Source: Rozella allomycis CSF55 (lineage: Eukaryota). Taken from it: DNA of 64,000 nucleotides. Of this stretch, positions 56,272 to 64,000 are shown one piece after another. The stretch is taken from positions 1-64,000 of the forward strand of contig KE560949.1 in NCBI GenBank assembly GCA_000442015.1, given 5' to 3'. The translations under genes were made by a program, and so were the position numbers. Under the pieces are notes generated by a model. It made no database searches and was not told the origin of the DNA. It saw only the letters and a program-made list of their open reading frames with translations. Each line of letters begins with the position of its first letter. The first letter of the stretch is position 1.

Positions 56272-59200
56272 ATAACAAATTGATATTGTGTCGTCACTAA
56301 TGAGTATAAAATATTTAGAGAAACTTCAATAGCTCTATTAAGGTTGTGAATTCTATGGTATCGTCAACGTCATTGGCAGGGTATTTCTAGTTACTTATCG
56401 TATTGGGTCTTCATGAACGATTGTAAAATTTATGTTAATTATCCATAGAGAAACTTTAATACCTCTATTAAAGTTTTTAATTCTAATCTATCGTCAATGA
56501 CTTAAGGGGATTTTCTCTAGCGTATTTTAAGATTCAGGTTTTTAGTGACGGATGTTATCATTGTATTTATTACTACTGGTACTACCTGAAAATATGTGTC
56601 AGGGTATTAGTACTTATGCTATCGTCATAGACTCGTTTTGGGTCAGATATTAATTATTCTATTCATTTATTCTAAATTGTATGGTTCTGTGTATGGATGT
56701 TTTTAATATAGGTAAGATTATTAGTTGTTACTTAAATTCATTTTACACATTGTTTGGTTTTGTTCAGTATGTTACATATATACAATTTTTTATGATACTT
56801 GAAATGTAAAGTTTTAAAATCTATTTTTATTATATGTTAAATAAGTTATTGCATTGATAAGTAAAAATCATTTAACGATTTAGGATATTTCTGCCATATA
56901 TTTTGTTTTGTTTCAATCGATAAGTCATGAATTCGTTTCAATTCTGCTAAATGATCTTTTGTTGGTTTATGTTTAAGGATTTGTTCTTTAGACATTGGTT
57001 CATTTAATAAAATGAGGCCGTCGAAATCTTTAACTCTGGATAAGACAGTGTATGTTTCTAAAAAAGTTTTACATTGCGTTAAATTAATGATAATGTTTGG
57101 AATAGTTTGACTTTGCGCTCTGTAAAATGTATAAATATGCAGGACATATAGGAAATTGTGTTCTCTTAATTGATATTGTTTTTAAAATGTTATTGTTCGT
57201 TACGTAATCTAATTTTATATACTTTTGAATTGGAAATATTATTGCTCTTTTGTCATTGGTAGTTGTAAATATATTATTCCAGTTAATAGGTTTTATTTTT
57301 GAATCAAATTCTACTTCTAAATATGATGGAATGTTATTCTCATAAAATATTTTTAATAACGTAAATGGTGTACATTTGGATATTCCATATTCAGTTAATA
57401 TGTTAGTTGTAATTATGTATTTTGTTCCTTCTAAAAGAGGTATTAATGTTGAAAGTCCTTCTGTTTCTGTTTCAGATTTATCTTTATTTTGAATTTGACA
57501 ACTTTGAATTTGTTCTTCGGTTAAATTGAATTTGTTACATTTGTCATCGGCGATTGCCCATGATATTGATTTATTGTTTAATTCAGCAATATTTATAAGT
57601 TTTTTAAAATTGATAAGCATTCGTATGTTATTGAATGGAGTCAATATTGGTGCCTTATTCCAAGGTTCTTTATTGAAACCTATGTGTTCATTGTTTGTAA
57701 GACATCTTGCATTTAATTTTGCGATATGATCTTCAGTAATTATACTTTGACGATAATTTTCTAAAAAGTTCCCATAGTCTGTACTTGCACGAAGATTTTT
57801 AGTAAGTTCAAATACATATTCTACTTCATGAAATAGCATAATTCCTTTTTGATAATTTGAAACATTTGTATTTAATAAGTTTGTATGTAAGTCCAGTTCA
57901 CCTAAATTTGTATCATAATTTTTGAAATGGTTTATATTTTTATATAAGGGATCTTTTCGAACTGGTGGTAATTGTAATAGGTCTCCTGATAAAAAAAGAT
58001 TAATGCCTCCAAATAAAGTGTCTATATCTGTGTTGACTTCATTGATTCTGTACGATGGTATACAATTATGCATTTTGTAAAAATCAGTGGCTGCAGTATT
58101 ATATATTTCGTCAACTACTAATGTATTAATATTTTGCCAACAGGTAGCTTGTATATGGTTTTGAAATGTATTTGGTTTTGTATGATGTTTATTCCAGTTG
58201 AAAAGATGATGAATGGTACTACCGTTTATGTTTTTTGCAGCTGTCCCAGTAGGTGCACATTTTTGAAAACACTCATTCAAGTTATGATATGAAAAATATT
58301 GATGTAAAGCGTGAATAATGTGAGATTTTCCTGTTCCAGCATATCCTAATATTGACATTGTTAATGGTGGTATTGGTAGTCCTTTTATTTGTCCTTCAAA
58401 GTTAGTTGCAAATGTTATAAAAGGAAGAATTTGATCTTTTTCTAATCTAAATTGATTAATAATATGTTGCATTAAGGGAAAATTCGGGGTCCAAATGTCT
58501 TCATATTTGAAAAATGAAATATGTGAGTATGTAAAGATTTTGTTTTTGTTTTCATTTATGTTATCTTTTAATGTGGTTAATTTGTTAATGGTGTCATTAA
58601 AGGATTTATTTTTTAATTCATTATATAGAATTTGTAATTCTTTGATATCGACATTGTCTTTACTGTAAGATGGTATTGAATTAAGATATATTTCAGCGTC
58701 AATTATATGATTTGCTACTAATTGGTTCCATACTAATAATGATTTATTATTACATTTTTTGGGAATGAGCGAATTAATGTATTCATCATCAATGTTTTCT
58801 GATGTTATCATATTTTCAGTGTTATCTAAGTTTTCGTTTTCTGATTCAGTAAAATAATCTTCCTCATCTTCTGTATTTGTCAAAGTAGTAGTTGTAGTAT
58901 ACATTTTTCTAGAAGAAGGTATTTCCAAATGTCCAGTTTTATATTTCTGAATTGCGTCATAAGAGTCTTGTACAATGTTAATGTTTTGATAATATTGTTG
59001 AAGATAAAAGTTAATGGTATTTCTGTTATTATTAGGAATTTGTAAATTATTGACTATTTTATTTGCTTTTGTTAAGAATGTTTCATTGTCATCTATAATG
59101 TTTTTAACATTTGTGCAAGACTAAAAGAATAACCATATAAATTTTGCAAAATCATTAGATTGTATTTCATCAATATTGTTATCTAATTTTTCATTAACAG

Positions 59201-59895
59201 GTATAAATGGATCCATAAATATTGGATGTTTATGAATAATTTTATGATATACGTTTTGTACTTTAGTTTGACTTTGTGGGTGTTTATTGTCAAAAGAGAT
59301 TTCATGCGGCAAATTATTTTTATCTACTTTTTGAACTCTTGCAAAATATTCCATCGGTGTCATGTTTATTAAAATATTGCCTCGGTGGATGTAATCTAAG
59401 TATTGATTAGAATTGTCACTTAAATTTATCCAAATTTGTTTATGAATGCTAATGTCTTCGTCGAAATAATTGTTTAATTGGTCTATAAATATTCTCCAAT
59501 AAATAAGTGTATATTTGTAAGACGTATAAAATGTATTATGTTTTCGTAATAAAAAAGCTATTGTAGCATTACCATGTTGTTGTTGAGATGTTAGTGCATA
59601 AAAACAAGTTCGTAATATTTTTGCACCTTTTGATAATTTTGTGGATTCTTTTTGATTGTTAGCTAAATTCTTTTTTAACATCATTTCCCATAGGTTTATG
59701 TTATTTATTTCTGTTAAAAATGGATATTGACTTTGATATATTGCAGTAACTAAACCTGTAATTCCTGAATAAACAAATCTTCCATTAGTGTTGCAATTTA
59801 ACAAACAATTAAGTAGTAAATTGGTTTCAACCGTGTTTTTATTTGCTCTGATCTTCGCAAATTTATATGTCCGATATTATTTGAGTATGTAAGGG
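56272..59895 (-). mobile_element. Degenerate Helitron: end of Rep region, PIF1 helicase and 3' region
   Basis: GYAGTGKS, APTGTAAKNINGSTIH, VVDEI, FGGINLFLSGDLLQLPPV; upstream LNCNTN region in the same frame but broken by TAG at 59121-59123; frameshift near 57135; very AT-rich and intronless. Confidence 0.88.
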
Positions 59896-60020
59896 TTAGG
59901 TCCCGACGTCCTGGCGGTTCCGGAACACGCAGTGAACACTGACATTAAAGNATAAACAATTACGTGTGAAAATGAAAACAATTTATTTTACATCAATCAG
60001 TATAGCATGCATTAATTGAT

Positions 60021-61618
60021 TTACCATCCAGAAAAATCACCAAACCCGCGAATTTTTGTTTTTGATAGTGATGTAATTGATGAGCCAGATGGGGTAGCGC
60101 TGTTGGATTTGCTGGTATTCACATCATTTTTCAAATACTTTCCAACTTTGCTGGTCTGGCTTTGTTCATTCCTTTTTGACATGTATTCGGCCACAGTTTC
60201 TTTGAGTTTCGGTTGGGGAGCGACTCTGTTCTTTTTCTTTTCGATTTTCTTTTTATATTCATCAAAAGGATCAGCGAGAATTTGATGATCTTTAATAAAA
60301 ATATCGCTCGTTGGTCGATCATTTGAATCTGTTGGAATATCTTCCATTTTGCTCAATGATTCCATTCCTCCGACAACTTTACCAAAAATTGAATGTTTTC
60401 CATCCAAATGAGATGCATTTCCAAAAGTAATAAAACTAATTCAATAATTTACGTAATTTTACAATTGAGATCCGTTGGTGTCTTTGCCGCTGTTCGCCAT
60501 TGATAAGATACCACGTGAATCATGCTTTAAAGTATCATGAAATTCATCTTTAAAAGATTTTTTCCAGAAAGATTCGCCGCCACGCCCAGTGCCAGTGGGA
60601 TCTCCACCTTGAATCATAAAATTTCGAATGCTTCGATGAAATTTCACATTCTTGTAATAATCAGATCTCAGAAGCATTAAAAAGTTGTAACAAGTTTTTG
60701 GAACTTTTTCAGAATACAATTCTATGTTAAGCTCACCCAAATTTGTAATTAAGCGAACATAACCTGTTTGAAGAAGAGAAATGATTTACTGTTTGTCTTG
60801 ATTGTCGTGTACATTAATTCTTCTTCGTCAAATAACGCTTGTTCTTGAACAGTTACGATAGGCATCGTAGTAGATGTTAAAGACGCAGCCATTCTGCCTT
60901 TCGAATAGGGAGCAGCATTATAAGGGTTTCTTTTTGGCTTAACGAAAGATTCCACAGTAGAAGTTTGTTTCAGCATTTCAAGCGCAGTTTCCGTATCCAT
61001 AGGCTTTTCTTTAACTTCTTTAACAACATCATTCAATCCATGTTTCAAATGATGGAAAGTAGACATGTTTTGTTTTTGGAGATGCAAAGGATCTTGTATA
61101 GTAATCACATCTTTCCTAGTAAAAGGCTCATCAGTAATCAAATCTCTCCACATTTTTATCCTTGCATTAAGCATTTCAATTGTTTGCGCCAAGTAAACAT
61201 GTCCTGATACTTTATTCGCAACGATATGTGAATGATCTGTAAAAACTTGAAATGTCACTGGATCGATGTATTCATCTTGTGAATTTTTATGGAAAGTCAG
61301 TTTAATCAATTCATCTGATTTCAACGGCTTTCCATTCACCTACATAAAGCTGTATCAAAACTCATACTGGATTTGTCCCGTATTTTCTAATAAAAGGCAG
61401 AATATAAATCAAATCAAAAACAGTTCCATCTTCCGTACAAACAGGCGTCCCAAAAGGCTGCAAAGAAAGCGCACAACAATAAAACGGCAGTCTTCTGAAA
61501 TCCGTTTCGCTGTTTTCATTATTCTTTTTTCCTCCAAATATATTCACCCACTCTGAATGCGTGATATAAAGTTTATCTATTGAATACACGAGAATAAAGT
61601 ACCTGTCCATTTGCCCAT
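60021..61618 (-). CDS. PPIL2: U-box plus cyclophilin PPIL2/Cyp60
   Basis: [70 protein letters not shown]. Confidence 0.94.
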
Positions 61619-61661
61619 TTTATTTAGGAAATTTCAGAAATAGAAATTGTTTTGTTTTTGG

Positions 61662-64000
61662 ATGGAGTGGAAGCAGAGATTGCAGCACGGAATCAAGGAT
61701 GCGAGGTATAGGCATTTGAAGGCTTTGAATGATAAATTGAAGTGGGGGACGGTTGATGTGGAGGAGATTGTGGGGGTTGAGGGCATGGAACTGCTTTTTG
61801 AGGAGATGAGGGGCGATGAAATGTTCAAGGAGATTGTGGAGAATATCATAAATGAATGTGTAAGATTATTTTTGTGGTGAGATATAAGAGACGAGTGAAG
61901 CCAGAGTTTATGGGAAATAAATTGAATAGTGTTGTATTGTTGAATGAGTTTAATCGACAGGAGAATAAAAAGGAGATATACAAACCGATTGCGTTAGGGA
62001 ATAGAGTCAAAACTGTTCCTATACCGTCGCTGACATTTAACGTACCAAAAATTTCTTCATTCTACATTTCGTTGCCAGTCGATTTATCGCCTCTTCAGAA
62101 ATATTTATTAGAAGAATTTTTTGAAAAATCATCCAGCGTTGAAAGTTTTGTTTCTCTTTCATTTGAAATTTTGTTTAATAGATTACTATCAAATGTAGAT
62201 TCAATGTTATTCCTAGGTGAGCCTAAACTAATGTCAGTGTTTAATAAAGCACTAATGAATGATGAGACTATAGATACAACGTTGCATTGTCTTTCTCTAT
62301 TGATTAGAAGAATTGAAAAGGATGTTGCGTTGAATGAGGTTGAAGTAAAGGATTTGGATAAAGCGTTGCATTATTTTTCGCATAATATATTTCATCAATT
62401 GATGCCTTTGACTAGAATAAATAGATTTATGTTTCGAATCTTGTTGATTGTTGAAAGGTTAATTCCATGGCTTAGCTTTTATGTGAAATCGACGGAAATG
62501 CATGAAGATTATCTGCAAGGGATTATGGATGTGTATATAAATGTGTTGGATTATTTAACGGAAGAAAATAAACAGTTGATGGTGTTGGTGAATTGCTCCA
62601 ATGTAATAAAGAGGCTTGCAACGGTTGGAGGTTTTGACTGTTGTAATGTTTTAAAGAGATTGATGAAATATGAATTGGTCATGAAAATAACAAGAAAGAG
62701 AATGAGATTGAATTTAATTAAAGAAGATAATCAAGAAATGCTTTGTTTGATGGATTTTCAGGATTTAATGTCGCCAGTTGAAGAAGATAGGAAGGAAGCT
62801 GTTAGAAGACTAGTAAAGACTGAGAGTGTTATGAATAATTCATGGAATGTTTTGATAGAAGATGTTTACGTTGAACCAATAAAGATTAATGGTGTTGATA
62901 AAGTTAATAATCTGAAGAGTTATTTGGAATCATTAGAGTCATTTGATGAAAGATCTTTAGGGTCTATTTGTGTTTATTTATCTAATAATAATAAAGATTG
63001 TGAGGGAAATGAATTGTTGGTTGAAATATTTAATCAGAATGTTGAAACAATTCTATCGTCTTCTATTTCTGAAATTTCGTTAATTTTGGAATGTTTGATT
63101 TATCTTTTTCCATTAATAAATGTAAATAAAGTAATGACCAAATTAAAATGCTTATTATTCCATAGTGATTTGATGATTAGAAATAGGATGGTTAAACTTG
63201 TAAAGAGAACAATTGAAGGATTGAAGATTGATGTTGATGGAGAGTTTTATGAGTTTAAGAATTATTTGATGAATGAGCAAGTGTATTTTGATAGAATAAT
63301 GACTAGTAAAAGTCATTTAGAGTGTCATGAAGCAATAAATGAGTATAAGAGTGTGTTGTATGTGATTGATCCTAATGGAGGGTTGATGAATAGAAACATT
63401 GTAAAGATTTTGGATAAATTTTTTAATGTGATTCCTGTGAGTGTTAATGATTTTAAATTGTTGCGACATATTTGTTGGTTTTTGATTAATCAAATTGAAC
63501 TAAAAAAGATTGAAGCAGAGTTTATTGAAATAACAAAAGTGTTGAATGTTGTTGAAGAATTGATTAGAGACAAGAAGCAGCCGATGGTTTATGTTGAAGA
63601 TTTGAGTGTTGAATGGAAATTAACGTTGGATGATCTTTCTGAACTTTTGTTTAAAATAAAGAGAAATAAAAAGAGTTCAAATGATTTTAAGAGAATTAAA
63701 AAGTTTATTGAATTTAGTTTGAATGATGATTTTACATTGTTTCATTTGAACATGTGGGGATTGCTAATAAATTCAAATTTTGATGATGTTTCATTTTTAA
63801 ATGATTATTTAATAAAATCAAATGACAATTTAACAAGGCCAATCCCAAAAAGAATAATTTTTGCTTTTTGTTGCCTATTTAGGTTTGACCAGGGTATTCC
63901 AATTGAATTAATTTCTTCTTTTCTTTGGATTGAAAAAGTTAATATTTTAGCATGGAATATTCTAACTAGATTATTAAAGTTTGAATTGAAGAATATATTT
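61662..64000 (+). CDS. RTTN: Rotatin-like centriole/basal body protein, 5' part; runs off the window end
   Basis: RLQHGIKDARYRHLKALNDKL resembles the rotatin N-terminus (L.H...E.R.R.L..I..K); LLSNVDSMLFLGEPKL resembles DFPAEIFLQRPK; long open frame after a short intron. Confidence 0.55.

Noticed and set aside
56293-56640. CRISPR-like array
   Set aside because: Eukaryotic context, degenerate 130-bp units, no cas genes.
59121-59123. Stop-codon readthrough or alternative genetic code in the Helitron ORF
   Set aside because: The element also has frameshifts, and host genes use TAG as a normal stop; simple decay.
59890-59950. Telomere-like taagggttagg followed by a short GC-rich tract
   Set aside because: Under two repeat units, next to a gap; too little to interpret.

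Overview
Gene-dense, AT-rich eukaryotic DNA with very short spliceosomal introns (nearly all 26-31 nt). Fungal-type genes (GFA1, RIM15, DED1, PMP3, ERV1) occur together with flagellar/centriolar genes (CCDC40, rotatin-like). This points to a zoosporic early-diverging fungus or relative; Rozella/Cryptomycota is my inference, not proven. About 35 housekeeping genes are recognisable. The 45-60 kb region holds degenerate Helitron (Rep-PIF1 helicase) pieces and single-N assembly gaps (27983, 42239, 45001, 45292, 46357, 48366, 49134, 56271, 59951). Main observations: (1) an 84-nt SMC3 intron built from three abutting, exactly 28-nt GT..AG modules, suggesting recursive splicing with zero-length exons; (2) at least six introns in otherwise intact genes that appear to need TG or GG rather than AG acceptors, which with the tight length distribution suggests 3' splice-site choice by distance; (3) an intronless 585-aa type I membrane protein resembling class II (bunyavirus Gc-like) fusion glycoproteins, convergent with a second orphan type I membrane protein, on the same contig as host RPL11; (4) two candidate H/ACA snoRNAs. 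All homology calls are by eye; no searches were run.
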